From: an uncultured Verrucomicrobiae bacterium
Lineage (GTDB): Bacteria; Verrucomicrobiota; Verrucomicrobiia; Chthoniobacterales; JAFAMB01
Reading direction: 5' to 3'
Assembly: GCA_963762565.1 (NCBI GenBank)
Contig: CAVXLD010000008.1
Location: forward strand, 36,662-100,661
Length of the DNA stretch: 64,000 nucleotides
Shown here: positions 63,800-64,000 of the stretch, in pieces
Position numbering within the stretch: the first letter of the stretch is position 1
Layout of the letters: every line of letters starts with the position of its first letter
Notes under the pieces: model-generated
What the model saw: only the letters and a program-made list of their open reading frames with translations
Told to the model about the DNA's origin: nothing
Database searches by the model: none
Translations under genes and position numbers: made by a program

Positions 63800-64000
63800 G
63801 CCTTTTGAGCGCGACACACTGCTTTTAGAGTGGTCGATCGGCACCATCCGGATTCGTGGATCGAAGGCGGAAGTTTTTTTCGATAAGTTCTCGAATCATC
63901 AGGCGACCTCTATTAGCCCAGATGGAAAGGACATCGAGTCGGTAACCATGCGGCTTAAGACCGATGAAGCAGTCGAGGAAGCATCTGCGGCCATAGAGAA
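63800..64000 (+). CDS. Partial hypothetical protein running off the window
   Basis: Open frame RDTLLLEWSIGTIRIRGSKAEVFFDKFSNHQATSISPDGKDIESVTMRL..; start unclear. Confidence 0.35.

Overview
A 64-kb bacterial chromosome segment of moderately high GC. Gene style and repeat content suggest soil Verrucomicrobiota (Chthoniobacterales-like); this is an inference. The left and middle parts carry two carbohydrate ABC clusters (one beside a GH38 alpha-mannosidase, one polyol-type with an FGGY kinase and SorC regulator). They also carry a tandem pair of TIR-TM-TolB-like-TPR genes, a sigma54-driven ADH-amidohydrolase-DUF59 module resembling propane-monooxygenase accessory genes but with no monooxygenase, a substrate-binding-domain/TRIC channel fusion, a SufR-like/Rieske pair, aceA with a long structured upstream region, a vapBC pair and assorted enzymes. 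After tRNA-Arg(ACG) at 52453 the DNA becomes a pseudogene-rich island: truncated IS1182, LysR/qor/kinase fragments and a triplicated promoter. Most intergenic spaces hold palindromic REP/REPIN-like elements of several families, often nested inside inverted arrays of 6-9-nt tandem repeats that start at stop codons. One such element sits inside the mannosidase gene between direct repeats and would be in frame with one restored base. Sequence quality is visibly poor in places (a ~510-nt poly-A/T-free block at 15.3-16.4 kb, a C-depleted block at 19.4-20.4 kb, clustered frameshifts), so many frameshifts are probably read errors rather than true pseudogenes. All family assignments come from motif recognition by eye; no database searches were run.
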